Source of the DNA: Candidatus Eiseniibacteriota bacterium
GTDB taxonomy: Bacteria; Eisenbacteria; RBG-16-71-46; CAVPCR01
NCBI GenBank assembly: GCA_963823555.1
Contig: CAWGMA010000002.1
Location: 480,001 to 544,000, forward strand
Direction: 5' to 3'
DNA length: 64,000 nt
The translations under genes and the position numbers were made by a program. Numbering within the stretch: position 1 is the first letter of the stretch; each line of letters opens with the position of its first letter. Under the pieces are notes generated by a model that was not told the DNA's origin, did not search any database, and saw only the letters and a list, made by a program, of their open reading frames with translations. Shown here one piece after another: positions 40,016 to 50,934 of the stretch.

Positions 40016-40876
40016 CTACCTCGCCCCCATGGCGCGCTTGCGCGCCCGCCGCTGCGCCACGTAGGCGATGTTGGTGAGCACCATGAACACGATGATCACG
40101 AGGTGGGTCGTCATCTGGTAGGGCATCCCGCGCGAGCCCTGGCCACGGTGTCCGGTGAGCATCTCGTACTCGGCGGCACCCTTCATGCCCGGGATGAGCC
40201 CGAAGATCTGCCCGGACTGGAGATAGGGGTAGTAATCGGAGGCCATGACGCCCGTCACCCCGAGGGCGACGGGGACCCCGTACTTGGCGTTGCCATAGGT
40301 GATCCACATGTCGGCGACGTTGCCGCCGGCGAGCGAGACCACCCCCTTCACGTTCCGGTAGTTGTGGATGTCCTCCATCATGGGGATCGAGTCGACCGGC
40401 GTGCCGTAGTAGTCGGTGGGGAACGGCACGCGGAAGTCGGTGCCCATGGCGAGGATGGTGATCGCCGGGTAGGGCTTGTAGCCGAGGAAGGCGTAGTCGA
40501 TGTTGCGCTCTTTGCCCTCGTCCGTGGCCACGCGCACGATCAGCTCCTCGGCCATCGCCGGTCCGAACTGCGAGAGCGCCGTGATGACCACGCGCGCCCC
40601 CCGCTGGAAGGCCTGGCGGAGGATGGCCTCCGCCATCGGGTGGAGCTCGGCGAGCGTCGAGGGGTCGTAGTCGATGGCGAGGAAGAGGTTGTCTCCCGGC
40701 TCGAGCGCCTCCACGAACTCGTAGACGTCCCGGACCTCGCTCGAGATGCCGGTCGGAACGCTGAAGCGCAGCACCGCCGGGAGGAGAACGGCGACCCCCA
40801 GGATGAAGTAGATCCAGCGGCGATCCACCACCAGCATCTTGTCGTACCAGCGAGAAGTCTCGGGGCGCGCTTCCAT
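40016..40876 (-). CDS. Conserved membrane-anchored protein (module copy 2, gene C)
   Basis: DRRWIY, IDYDP..AELHPM, DYAFLGY, YPYLQSGQI.G...GMKGAAEYE. Confidence 0.85.
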   Translation of the reverse strand: MEARPETSRWYDKMLVVDRRWIYFILGVAVLLPAVLRFSVPTGISSEVRDVYEFVEALEPGDNLFLAIDYDPSTLAELHPMAEAILRQAFQRGARVVITALSQFGPAMAEELIVRVATDEGKERNIDYAFLGYKPYPAITILAMGTDFRVPFPTDYYGTPVDSIPMMEDIHNYRNVKGVVSLAGGNVADMWITYGNAKYGVPVALGVTGVMASDYYPYLQSGQIFGLIPGMKGAAEYEMLTGHRGQGSRGMPYQMTTHLVIIVFMVLTNIAYVAQRRARKRAMGAR

Positions 40877-40897
40877 CGGGTTCTACTCCTCCACCAC

Positions 40898-41521
40898 CTA
40901 GTCCCGGCCCATGTAGGAGCTCTCGATGCCGAGCAGGATCTTCATGCTGTAGCTGATGGCGCCCAGAGCGACACCGATGATGATGGCGCGTTTAGCGGCC
41001 ATGTTGGGTACGGCGAGGATCCAGCGCACCACTTCCGAGTTCCAGGTCGAGAGCGGCTCCGGCAGCGGGATCAGCCGCAGCATGACCACGAAGGCGGTCA
41101 ACAACAAGATCGCGGCGAGCACGGTGCGCACGCGGAATGCCCGGTAGGCGGCGCTCGCGATGTAGAAGGCGAGCATCGAGAACAGGGTGGCCTGCGCCGG
41201 GACCAGGACCCACTGGAAGAGGTTCATGAAGAGCGTGCCCGACTCGAAGCTCTCGCGCCGGAGCCCGGTCACGACCATGACCAGGAAACCGATGATGGTG
41301 GTCGCCGAGTAGAACCGCTCCTTGCGATCGTGCTGCGCCTTGTTCCAGGTGTTGCGGAGGAGCGAGAAGATGCCGATCGGGAGGGCCAGGATACCGATCA
41401 CGATCACGAAATCGTTGGCGTAGGTGAACAGGAACTCCGAGAACGGGTGCGGCACGAAGTACTGGATCACCATGATCAGGCCGGCGACGAAGACGAGGAA
41501 CAGCGGAATCTGCCTCTTCAT
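40898..41521 (-). CDS. Conserved polytopic membrane protein (module copy 2, gene B)
   Basis: ATLFSMLAFYIASAAYRAFR and W..AVPNMAAKRAIIIGVALG...LLGIE. Confidence 0.85.
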   Translation of the reverse strand: MKRQIPLFLVFVAGLIMVIQYFVPHPFSEFLFTYANDFVIVIGILALPIGIFSLLRNTWNKAQHDRKERFYSATTIIGFLVMVVTGLRRESFESGTLFMNLFQWVLVPAQATLFSMLAFYIASAAYRAFRVRTVLAAILLLTAFVVMLRLIPLPEPLSTWNSEVVRWILAVPNMAAKRAIIIGVALGAISYSMKILLGIESSYMGRD

Positions 41522-41562
41522 CGCTCATGCATCCTGGTTGAGCCCATTGTTGCTCCGAGTCG

Positions 41563-42837
41563 TCATACGGCGTGCACGAGGCGCGCGATGATGTTGGAGC
41601 CGAAGAACGTGTAGGCGGCGACCCCGACCACGAGCAGGGTGAGGATCACGATCTTGGCCAGGTCCTGCGCCTTGAGCGGTCCCATGAGCACCGGTTCCTG
41701 CGACAGGTAGGCCGAGGCCGCGTACAGCTCCTCGCCGATCAGCGTGTAGTCGGTGGCGGCGACGAAGAACGGAATCTGCGCCAGCTGGTCGGTGCCCGAG
41801 ATCTGGATCGAGCCGGTGATGCTCCCCGCCTCGGCCAGGAGCAGGCTCTCGGCGTGGAAGACCCCCATGTAGAAGTTGGTCGCCGTCCGTTCGCGGAGCA
41901 TGAGCCCGTTCACCGCCGCCACGTACGGGAACTGCATGGCCGAGATGTAGAAGATGTTCTCCGGGCGGTAGACGTCGGGACGTCCCGCCTGGAGATAGGC
42001 CTCGCGCACGGTCTCCTGCGCCATGGCCATCATGACCGGATCGTTCACCGGCACCAGGATCGGCGTCTGGTACTCGGCGGTGCGCCGGGCGACGCGGGCG
42101 AGGATGGTGTAACCGGCGATGGTGGCGATGTCGCCCGCGGTGCCGGTGCCGAGCACGAAGAGGATCGGACGGCCCATCTCGGTGGCGCGGCCGATCGCCT
42201 CGTCGACGGCCGAGATGCCCGCGATCGGGCGGATGAAGAGCTGGCGCCCCTTGCGGGCGGACTCGATGAAGCCGACGGTGGCGATGGCGAAGAGCACGAC
42301 CGCAATCAGGACGTTCAGTTTCCCGGTGTGGAACCAGTTGCCGGCGGCGATGCCCGTGACCGGAGCGGTGAAGGGGGAGACGCCGCCGTCGGCGGCCCGC
42401 CCGCGAATCCGGAACGCGCGCGGCTCGCCCACGGGCACGAACGTGGGATTGGGTTGGCCCTCGAGCGAGGCTTCTTCCGATTCGTGGTTGTAGGTGGTGG
42501 TTCCGCGCGGCGCGTTGCCGACGAGCACCCACGCCTCGTCCGGCGCGTCGGGCGCCGGCGCCATCCACACCTCGTAGGTGAGGAGCTCCGCGTCGTCGGG
42601 GGAGAGCGTCCAGCGAAGGGCGATGCCGTGTCCGTTGTCGTTGGGGGCGTCGCGGGCGGTGAGGGAATTCGGCGGGCTGAAGGCGATCGGCGGGGGTGGA
42701 TCGGTGATGTCCGCCGCGGCCGGATCGGGTTCGACGGCCTGGTCCTGTGCGAAGAGTCCCGCCGGCGCCGGGAGCAAGAGCCCGATCCCGACCGCCAGCG
42801 CTACGCCGAGAACGGCGAGTGTTCGGAGCGTGGGCAC
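41563..42837 (-). CDS. DUF6754-like membrane protein with N-terminal extracytoplasmic FN3-like domain (module copy 2, gene A)
   Basis: Signal peptide, DAPNDNGHGIALRWTLS beta-sandwich, then RPIAGISAVDEAIGRATEMGRP...DYTLIGEELYAASAYL. Confidence 0.85.
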   Translation of the reverse strand: MPTLRTLAVLGVALAVGIGLLLPAPAGLFAQDQAVEPDPAAADITDPPPPIAFSPPNSLTARDAPNDNGHGIALRWTLSPDDAELLTYEVWMAPAPDAPDEAWVLVGNAPRGTTTYNHESEEASLEGQPNPTFVPVGEPRAFRIRGRAADGGVSPFTAPVTGIAAGNWFHTGKLNVLIAVVLFAIATVGFIESARKGRQLFIRPIAGISAVDEAIGRATEMGRPILFVLGTGTAGDIATIAGYTILARVARRTAEYQTPILVPVNDPVMMAMAQETVREAYLQAGRPDVYRPENIFYISAMQFPYVAAVNGLMLRERTATNFYMGVFHAESLLLAEAGSITGSIQISGTDQLAQIPFFVAATDYTLIGEELYAASAYLSQEPVLMGPLKAQDLAKIVILTLLVVGVAAYTFFGSNIIARLVHAV

Positions 42838-43096
42838 CCTCTCGTCTCCTCCTCCGATCCCTCACCCCTGGTTTGGCAGACCCGCGGTCGCTCGACCGGC
42901 GTCGGCTGGTCCCGCGGGTGCCCCCCCGGCGCCCGGTCGTGCGGACCCGAACGCTCCAGACCCGGAATTGTGCACGATCCCCGCGCCAGCGCAAGGGGGA
43001 AACCGCCGGCAAGAACGCCGCGCCCCGCATGCTAGACTCACTCGCAATCCGTTCCCTTCCTTCCATCTCAGCACGGCTCAGCACCGGGCGAGGTCG

Positions 43097-46000
43097 ATGC
43101 GCCGAACGAAAGCAGGATCCCAGAGCCAGATCGCCCTCGACCTGCCGGCGCGCCCTTCGATCCCGGCCGCATCCCGTCCGCTCGAGACCGTGCTCGACGC
43201 CGCCGCGCTCCGGGCGTGGCTCGTGGCCTGGCTCGCGGAACTCCCCGGAACGCTCCTCCGCCGGGCCACCGTGCTCGTGCCCGGCGCGGATCTCGCGCAC
43301 TCGCTCCGCTGCCACATCGGGGTCGAGCGCGGCCGGCCCGGGCTCCTCCTCGGGGTGTCGATCACCCGCCCCGAGGTGCTGGCGGCCGACATCCTCGCCC
43401 GCGCGGACCGTCCCGTTCGGGGCGGTCTCGAGTCCATTCGCTGGCTCGAGCTGCGCGACCTCTTCGCTCACGGGGCGCTCGCGGGGCGCCTTCGCTACTT
43501 CCTCGCCCCCGAGCTCAGCGCCGGGCAGGGATACGTCGATGCCTTTGCCTGGACCATCGGCGAGCTCGAGTCGGCCGGTCTCGATCCCCCGGATCTCGAA
43601 CGCGCGGCGGAGGGCTTGCGCTCGGGCGGCCGGCCGCTCGATGCCGATCGTCTTTCTGATGTCGCCGCCGTCTGGCAGGCCCTGTCCGCCGGTGGCGGTG
43701 GCGATCGCCGGCTCTCGCGATCGCTCCTCCTGCGCGAGGCAGCTCGGGTTCTCATGGCCCGTCCGGAGCTCGGGCGCCCCGCGGGCCCCACGGCGGCGCT
43801 CCTCCTCGCGCCTCCATCGACCGCGCTCCGCCGCTTCCTCGTGGCCCTCCCCGCCGTTCGCCTCGTCCATGTCGATGCGCGCCCGCGGCGCCCGCGCGGC
43901 GAGCGGCGGCTCGGGGACTGCGTGCCGGCACCGCCGCCGGAGCATCGCATCGAGCCGCCGGCCGGCGAGCTGGCCGCGCTCGGGAGCCGGCTCTTCATCG
44001 TCGGCGGCGACGGTGTCGGCGGCGACGGTGTCGGCAGCGATGGTGTCGGCGGCGACGGTGTCGGCAGCGATGGTGGAGCGCCCGCCCGGCAACCCTCGCC
44101 CCAGGACACGGCCGATCCCGATCATCGGGTCGAGCGCGCGCTCTTCGCCGGTGTCGCCGAGGAGGTGGACGCGGCGGCGTCCTGGGTGCTCGCGGAGATC
44201 GCGCGCGGCACGCCTGTCGGGTCGATTGCCGTGCTCGTTCCCGACATCGATGCCTATGCGCCGCTTCTCCGCGACCGGCTCACGCGTCTCGTCCTTCCCG
44301 CCGGCGCGACCCCGCCCGCGGTGCGCATCCCCGAGGGTCTCCCGGTCGCGTTGACACCGGCCGGCCTGCGTCTGAAGGCGCTCCTCGCCGCTCTCGAGAC
44401 GCATCTCGAGGTCGAGTCGACGCTCCCTGTTCTGGCCTGGCTCCGATCGACGGCGGCATCAGCGGATGATGGCGATGATGCGCAACAAACTGCGAGTCGC
44501 GCGCCTTCCCCGTCGGTCCTGGCGGAGCTCGTCCACGGCTCCGGGATCGTGGGGGGCCGCGAGGCGAGCGGCGACGAGTGGGCGCGGCGGCTGCGCCAGC
44601 GACGCGCGTCGGCCGCGGCGGATCTCGCTGCCGGGCGCACCGGGGCGGATCGCGAGGTCGAGCTCCTCGACCGTCTCCTGCCGGCGGTGGCGGCACTCGA
44701 AGCCCTCACCGCTCCGGCGCGGAGCCAGTCGGCGCTCCCCGTCCTCTGGCGCGCCGTGCGCGACTTTGCGGTCGAGTGGCTGCGCCTCCCGCCCGATCCG
44801 CCGAACCTGGCCGCCATCCTCGACGGGGAGCTGGCGCCGATTCTCGAGCACCCCGTGGCCGGGACCCTGAGCGGAGTCGCCGCGCTCCGCTACCTCGCTT
44901 CGAGGCTCCACGCGCTCCGCTTTCCGCTCGGGACCACCGGCGCGCCGGCGGTGTTCGTCGCCACGCCGGCGCGCGCGGCGGGGCTCATGTTCCCGGCGGT
45001 GCGTGTCCTCGGCATCACCGAGGGTGTGGTGCCGCGCTCGCCGCAGGACGATCCCATTCTCCCCGACGCCCTGCGCGTGGATCTGGAGCGGCGCGGGCGC
45101 GAGAGCGGGGCCGATGACGTCATCGTCCCGCGCCTCGAGGATCGCGTCCTCGATGACCTGCACGCCTTCGATCGCGTGGTGCGCGCGGCCACCGGTCGCC
45201 TGTCCCTGAGCGCCCCGCGGCAGTGGGTCGACCGGAGCGAGCGCGAGGTCTCGGGTGTCATGCTCGAGGTCGAGATCGCGCTCGATCGCGAGCATCGGGT
45301 GCCGACGCTCGCCGGCATCCGCGCCGCGCTCCTCGATCGCGCCGCGGCGGCCCGGGACGCCGAGCGGTCGGGTGCCGCCGCCGCCGTCTTCCCGCCTGCC
45401 GCCTTCGCCGCGGTCCATGCACTCCTCTCTGCGCCGTCGCCGGGAGCGACACCCTCCGTTCGCTTGCCGGCCGGGTGGATCGGTGCCCCGGGTGGAGCGA
45501 CGGATCTCATGCGCCTGCTCGCGCTCGACGCCGCGTTGTCGTCCGGCGATTCCCTCGGACCCGCTGACGGCCTGCTCGGCGATCTCTTGCCCGCGGCCTT
45601 GCTGCCGGGTCTCACGGCGGAGCGATCGATCTCGCCCACCGGGCTCGGGCGCCTGCTCACCTGCCCGTACTGGTTCCTCGAGGAGCGCATCCTCGGGCGG
45701 CGCGAGCGACCGCGACGCCCGAGCATGGACATGATCGATCCGCTCGCGTTCGGCACGCTGCTGCATTCGATCGCCGAGATCTTCTTCACCGAGCATGGCG
45801 CCGCCTTCTGCCGCAAGGAAGGTGTCCTCGAGGAGTGGCGCCGGCGCGTGCGACGCCTGGCCGAGCGCGAGTTCACCCGCTTCCTCGACCGCTACCCGCT
45901 GCGCGGCCGGGATGCCATCGCTCGCGAGCAGGAGCGCGTGCTCGATACCGCGGAGAAGTTCGTGGGTCACGAGTGGGGGCTCGCCGGTCGCGAGTACCGG

Positions 46001-46564
46001 GCCGCCGAGCTCGTCTTCGGAGTCGACGCTCCCGTGGCCATCGAGCGCCCGGCGGGGCCGCTCTACGTCACCGGCAAGATCGATCGCGTCGATCGCCTCG
46101 ACACGGGCGGGCTCGAGGTGCGCGACCTGAAGACCGGGCGCGCGCGGGATCGCGGGGAATACGATCTCGACCCCGCCATCGATCTCCAGATCGGTGTCTA
46201 CGCCCTGGCACTCGAGGCCGCCGGGGCATCGGCCGGCGAGAAGGTCCACGCCGCGGCCTATGTCTATCCCGCCGACATGCCGCGCGACCCCGAGCGCCGC
46301 TTCGAGGGCGAGGAGCTGGCGCGGCTCCGTGGCAACACCCATGCCTGGCTCGACATGGCGCGCGGTCTCCTCGCCGCCGGCGCCTTCCTGCGCACGCCGC
46401 TGGCCGATGACTGCAAGTTCTGCCCGTATCAGCCCTCTTGCGGCGATCGCGCGCGCGACCGGGCGGCGGCGAAGCTCGCCCGGGCCGGAGCCGGGGTACC
46501 GGCGGCGCTCGTCGCGTTTCGCGACTTCAAGGGCGCCGCGGTCGAGGAGGAGGCGGCGGAATGA
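43097..46564 (+). CDS. addB: AddB/RexB-like nuclease subunit (degenerate helicase plus PD-(D/E)XK nuclease with Fe-S staple)
   Basis: ISPT....L.TCPY, FGTLLH, GKIDRVD...DLKTG, Q...Y, CKFCPYQPSC (four-Cys staple). Confidence 0.8.
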   Translation: MRRTKAGSQSQIALDLPARPSIPAASRPLETVLDAAALRAWLVAWLAELPGTLLRRATVLVPGADLAHSLRCHIGVERGRPGLLLGVSITRPEVLAADILARADRPVRGGLESIRWLELRDLFAHGALAGRLRYFLAPELSAGQGYVDAFAWTIGELESAGLDPPDLERAAEGLRSGGRPLDADRLSDVAAVWQALSAGGGGDRRLSRSLLLREAARVLMARPELGRPAGPTAALLLAPPSTALRRFLVALPAVRLVHVDARPRRPRGERRLGDCVPAPPPEHRIEPPAGELAALGSRLFIVGGDGVGGDGVGSDGVGGDGVGSDGGAPARQPSPQDTADPDHRVERALFAGVAEEVDAAASWVLAEIARGTPVGSIAVLVPDIDAYAPLLRDRLTRLVLPAGATPPAVRIPEGLPVALTPAGLRLKALLAALETHLEVESTLPVLAWLRSTAASADDGDDAQQTASRAPSPSVLAELVHGSGIVGGREASGDEWARRLRQRRASAAADLAAGRTGADREVELLDRLLPAVAALEALTAPARSQSALPVLWRAVRDFAVEWLRLPPDPPNLAAILDGELAPILEHPVAGTLSGVAALRYLASRLHALRFPLGTTGAPAVFVATPARAAGLMFPAVRVLGITEGVVPRSPQDDPILPDALRVDLERRGRESGADDVIVPRLEDRVLDDLHAFDRVVRAATGRLSLSAPRQWVDRSEREVSGVMLEVEIALDREHRVPTLAGIRAALLDRAAAARDAERSGAAAAVFPPAAFAAVHALLSAPSPGATPSVRLPAGWIGAPGGATDLMRLLALDAALSSGDSLGPADGLLGDLLPAALLPGLTAERSISPTGLGRLLTCPYWFLEERILGRRERPRRPSMDMIDPLAFGTLLHSIAEIFFTEHGAAFCRKEGVLEEWRRRVRRLAEREFTRFLDRYPLRGRDAIAREQERVLDTAEKFVGHEWGLAGREYRAAELVFGVDAPVAIERPAGPLYVTGKIDRVDRLDTGGLEVRDLKTGRARDRGEYDLDPAIDLQIGVYALALEAAGASAGEKVHAAAYVYPADMPRDPERRFEGEELARLRGNTHAWLDMARGLLAAGAFLRTPLADDCKFCPYQPSCGDRARDRAAAKLARAGAGVPAALVAFRDFKGAAVEEEAAE
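44000..44074 (+). repeat. 15-bp coding tandem repeat x5 (VG(G/S)DG) inside addB
   Basis: Units GTCGGCGGCGACGGT (a) and GTCGGCAGCGATGGT (b) in order a-a-b-a-b. Confidence 0.95.
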
Positions 46565-49500
46565 GCGCGCGCCACACCTCCCCGGGGCCCATTCCTCCGC
46601 CCCTCGTCGACGAGGATGCGCGCGGGGCGATCCGCACCGAGCGCGAACAGAACCTCCTCGTCATCGCCGGTGCCGGCACCGGCAAGACGACGAGCATCAT
46701 CGATCGCGTGATGGCCTTCATCGTGCCACCAAAGGCCGATCTCGCCCCGGTCCCCATCGACCGGCTCGCCGTCATCACCTTCACCCGGCGCGCCGCCGGC
46801 GAGCTTCGCTTCCGCATCCGCGAGCGCATCCTCTCCGATCTCGATCAGGCGCTCCGCGCCCGCGATCAGGAGCGATCCGATCTCCTGCGCGCGGCCCTCA
46901 CCGCTCTCGACGCGGCCGCCATCGGCACCATTCACGGCTTCGCCGACAGCCTCCTCCGTCTGCGGCCGATCGAGGCCCGGCTGAGCCCGGCCTACGTGCT
47001 CGCCGAGGACAACGAGAGCCTGATGCGCGAGACCTTCCGCCGGCTGCGGGTGCTCGTCGAGACCGGGGAGCTCGCGGACGAGCTCGAGCCCGCGCTGAGC
47101 GGGGCCACCGGGCGGTCGCGCCTCACTCCCGAGCTCGTCTCGGAGGCGGAACAGACGATCCGCGCGGCGACCCGCAGCGGGCTCACGATCGAGCGCAGGG
47201 AGAACGCCTACGGGACCGAGGTGCCGTCGCTCGAGGGCGTGATCATGCGCATGATCGAGAAGCGGGATATCGAGTTCACCCCGCCGGCGGTGCCCGATCC
47301 GGGGCTCGAGGCGATGAAGGCTGCGATCAGCACGCTTGCGGAACTCAAGGGGAGAATCGTCGGCTCATCGCGCGGCGCCCGTCACGTGCGCCACATGATC
47401 ACTCAGCTCGAAACGCTATGCGATACGGACGATCCGGAAGCGGCGTTTGCCTTGCTCAGGGAGGCGATCGACGGAATCACCCGCAAGCGGCTGCAGAAGG
47501 GCCGCGATTTCGACGGGGCGGGTCAGGTTGGATGGCGGGTCCTCAAGGCATTTCGGGGAGAGAGCCCGGGCAAGGGCTCGATCGTCCCCGAGGACCTGCC
47601 CGAGCGCTTGCTCGGCCCCTATCGCTGGCTTGCGGCGCGCATCGTGCGGCTCGCGCCGGTGGCCGAGGCGCTCTACGACCAGGTCAAGGCCGAGCATGAG
47701 AGCGTCGACTTCGTCGACATCCTGATCAAGCTCCGGAACCTGCTCCGCGACAACCCGGAGGTGCGCCGGTTCTATCAGGATCGCTTCGCGCACATCTTCG
47801 TCGACGAGTTCCAGGACACCGATCCCCTGCAGTGCGAGATCCTGTTCTACCTGTGCGAGGACGGCGCCAGGGCCGGCACCTGGAGCGAGGTCGAGCTCCG
47901 GCCGGGTCGCCTGACCCTGGTCGGCGATCCCAAGCAGTCGATCTACCGCTTCCGGCGCGCCGACGTGGCGACCTACGCCGAGGCCGAATCCATGCTCCGC
48001 GCCCAGGGGGCGCGCGTGATCTCGCTCGTCACCAATTTCCGGAGCCGGCCCGAGCTCGTGCGCTACCTGAACGCGCGCCTCGCTGATGTCCTCGATCGCC
48101 CCGATCCCAAGATCAAGCGCTCAGCCGCAGCGACGGTGGGGGGGCTCGACGCGGAGAGCGGGCAGGCCTTCTATGGGCCGATCGAGCCCGCCCCGGGGAT
48201 TCCGCCGGGGCCGCCGCCGGTGCATGTCGTCCCCTATGCCGGCGCGGGCGGAGAGTCGCTCCATGCCGAAGGGGAGGGACGGCCGATCGAGTCCGAGGCG
48301 ATCGCCGCCTATGTCGACTGGCTTCTCGCTTCCGGCTTCCAGGTCCGGGATCCGGCCACCGGCGCCGAGCGAGCGGTGCGGGCCGGGGATATCGCCGTCC
48401 TCGCCGCCACGACGACGCACCTCGACCATCTCCTCGAGCGCTTCGATGCGCATGGTATCGAGTACTCGATCCGCGGCGGGAAGCTCCTCCTTTCGCATCC
48501 GCTCGTCCGCCGCTACCTCCTCGCGCTCCGTGCGATCGCCGATCCCGACGACGGCGTGGCCGCGGCGGCCCTCCACGCGCCGCCGTTCTTCGCGCTCGAT
48601 GCCGCCGATCTCGCGCTCGATCGGGCCGCCTTTCGGCTCGGGAAGGAGGCCCTGGGCGATGTGCCCGCGGCCGAGCTCGATGAGCGGCTGGCGCGCGTCC
48701 GGGCCGCCACCGATCTCGTGCGCGAGCTTCGCCGCGAGCGGCATGCGCGCCCGCCCGGTGCCACCGCCCGCGATCTGATCGAGCGCACCGGCCTCGGGCG
48801 CGCTGTTCTCGCCGGGGCCAACGGGCGGCAGATGCTCTCCGCCCTCTATCAGGTCGCCTTCGAGATCGAGCGGCGCGCGATCGCCGAAGGTCTCGATTTC
48901 GACACCGCGACGATCGCGCCGCGCGACTGGGCGGATCGCCCGGTCTACCTCGATCTGCCGGAACCCATGGGCGAAGAGGCGGTGCGCGTGACCACGATCC
49001 ATCAGGCCAAGGGGCTCGAGTACCCCGTCGTCATCATCTGGGATGGCTTCCAGGTGATGCACGACTGGTGGATCATCGAGCCATGGCTCATCGGTCGCGA
49101 TCGGCGCTCGTGGGCGCTCGGACTGCGCCCGGTGAAGGTGGCCGAGCCTGTGGGGTCCGATCTCGCCGAGCGCGAGCAGCGGCACCGGATCCACGAGAAG
49201 GCGCGTCTCTTCTACGTGGCGGCGACCCGGGCGCGCGATCTCCTCGTGCTCCCGCTGCCGTCGCCGCGCCGGAAGGACAACTACGCCACGGCGTGTCTGG
49301 CCGGTCGCGCCGATGATGAGGTGGCGCGCGAGCTCATCAGGTGGTTCGAACCCTATCGTCCGGACCAGGTGCCGGAGTGGGCGCGTGGGGGGGCGGCGCC
49401 GCGCCGGCCCTGCCGGCGCTCGTTGCCGATGAAGCGCTCGACCGCGAACTCGAGGCGACGAAGGCCGACTTCGCCGCATCGCTGGCCGCGGCCGCGACCC

Positions 49501-50144
49501 CGCGTCATGTGCCGCGGGCCGCGACCGAGCTCGCGCACGAGCGTGTGCGTGCCGTGATCCCGAGGGAACGCGGGGTCGATGTGGTCACGGCGGAGTCGGA
49601 ACCCGACGTCGATGAGCGCGCCGCCAAGGCCGAGCAGTCGCGCCATGGCCGCCACTTCGGCATTGCCGTGCACCGGGCCCTCGAGATCGTGCTCGGGGCC
49701 GGTGCGGACGTCGAGGAAGCGGTGGCGCAGGCGCTCGCGACGGTGAGCGTCGAGCTGCGAAGCGAGGAGCGAAAGATCCTGGCGCGGCTCGAGAGCGAAG
49801 CGCGGAGCGATGTCCGCCGCGCTCTCGCCGCGCTCGAGGCGGCCGGGCTCAGCGTTCTCGACCTTGCCACCGAGGTCGATCTGACGGCGCCCGCGGCCGA
49901 TACGACAACGCTCGTCCGCGGCGCCGTCGATCTCATCGCCGTGGGTGCGGACACGGTGCACGTGCTCGACTGGAAGACCGATCAACCGGTGGCCGGGGAC
50001 CTGGCGGCGGCCTATCCCGCCTACGCCGAGCAGCTACGCATCTACGGCGACATGATCCGCCTGAGCGGATGGCTCGGATCCCGCCGCCTGCGCGCGGGAC
50101 TCCTCCTCACGGCGACGGGCGAGATCCGCTGGCTCGAGGAGTGA
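46561..50144 (+). CDS. addA: AddA/UvrD-like helicase-nuclease; frameshift near 49400
   Basis: AGAGTGKT, ITFTRRAA, TIHGF, VDEFQD, VGDPKQSIYRFR, NFRS, TIHQAKGLE, YVAATRA. The nuclease domain (G.AVH, GAVD...DWKT, Q...Y) is in the 49341..50144 frame. Confidence 0.88.
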
Positions 50145-50215
50145 TGCTTCGACAGGGTCAGGAGCGTGCCGTGCAGAAGGTCGTCGCTGTTCCCTGAGGA
50201 GGTCATTGATCGAGC

Positions 50216-50692
50216 CTACTCGCGGCGTTCCTTCATCCACCAATCCCGGAATGCCCTGAGCCGGGGCAGGGACTCGCGGTCCTTCACCCGGCCGGTCGCT
50301 TCCTTGCTGCGGATGATGTCATCGATATGACAGACCGGGATCCCCTCGATCTCCAGCGCGCGGCCCGCCGCCTCGGCGAATGTCTCGATTCCATCGGGTG
50401 CGAAGACGAGATCGAGATCGAAGGGACCCTGGCGAAGCTGCACGAAGTCCTTCCCGCGCTCGATCTCCTCCCGATGCTCGGGTTCGAGGCGGAAACCGAG
50501 CTCGAGGAGGGCGGCCGCGATGCGGCGGCCGTTCTCCGGGCTCTTCTCCACGAAGAGATCGGCGTCCTGCGTCGTGTCCGGGTAGCCGAGAATGATCGCG
50601 CCCGACTTTCCTATGAATAGGAAACGGACGCGGTGCTTCTTGAACACCACGGCGATCTCGACGGCTTGACGGTACTCAAAGCGAGCGTCCAT
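50216..50692 (-). CDS. Nucleotidyltransferase-like protein (Pol-beta superfamily, DUF6036-like)
   Basis: FIGKSGA...G.P.TTQDAD motif and C-terminal IIRSKEATGRVKD. Start overlaps the upstream small ORF. Confidence 0.7.
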   Translation of the reverse strand: MDARFEYRQAVEIAVVFKKHRVRFLFIGKSGAIILGYPDTTQDADLFVEKSPENGRRIAAALLELGFRLEPEHREEIERGKDFVQLRQGPFDLDLVFAPDGIETFAEAAGRALEIEGIPVCHIDDIIRSKEATGRVKDRESLPRLRAFRDWWMKERRE

Positions 50693-50885
50693 AACCCAAC
50701 CAGGACGGAAGGCAGGTCTCGCACCACCTGCGGTAGTCCTCCATCGTGTCGAAGGAGCGATACCGGGCGTCGTCGAGAACCGGCTTGTAGGTGTGGATGA
50801 AGGCGTAGCGAAGCCGTTCTTCCAGGGTCCTCCGGGCGGCCGCCTGGAAGTCGGCGATCCACTCGTCACGCGTGCGGTCGTTCAT
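50676..50885 (-). CDS. Small hypothetical protein (69 aa), partner of the nucleotidyltransferase
   Basis: MNDRTRDEW...TLEERL...YRSFDTMEDYRRWCE..LP.WLGY; overlaps the downstream gene by 17 nt. Confidence 0.6.
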   Translation of the reverse strand: MNDRTRDEWIADFQAAARRTLEERLRYAFIHTYKPVLDDARYRSFDTMEDYRRWCETCLPSWLGYGRSL

Positions 50886-50934
50886 GGCAAGAATGGTAGC
50901 TTTGGAGCGAGAGTGAGGGCAAGGACTGAGGATC

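Noticed and set aside
27921..42837. Inverted DUF6754 modules as ends of a mobile or invertible element
   Set aside because: The copies are highly diverged, no recombinase or terminal repeats are seen, and the intervening genes are ordinary chromosomal genes.
44000..44074. Possible CRISPR-like repeat array
   Set aside because: The 15-bp units are contiguous with no spacers and lie in frame within a CDS; no cas genes are present.
43097..46564. Cas4-like nuclease call for the C-terminal Fe-S PD-(D/E)XK domain
   Set aside because: It is the C-terminus of a >1100-aa protein coupled to a UvrD-type helicase-nuclease, which is the AddAB arrangement.
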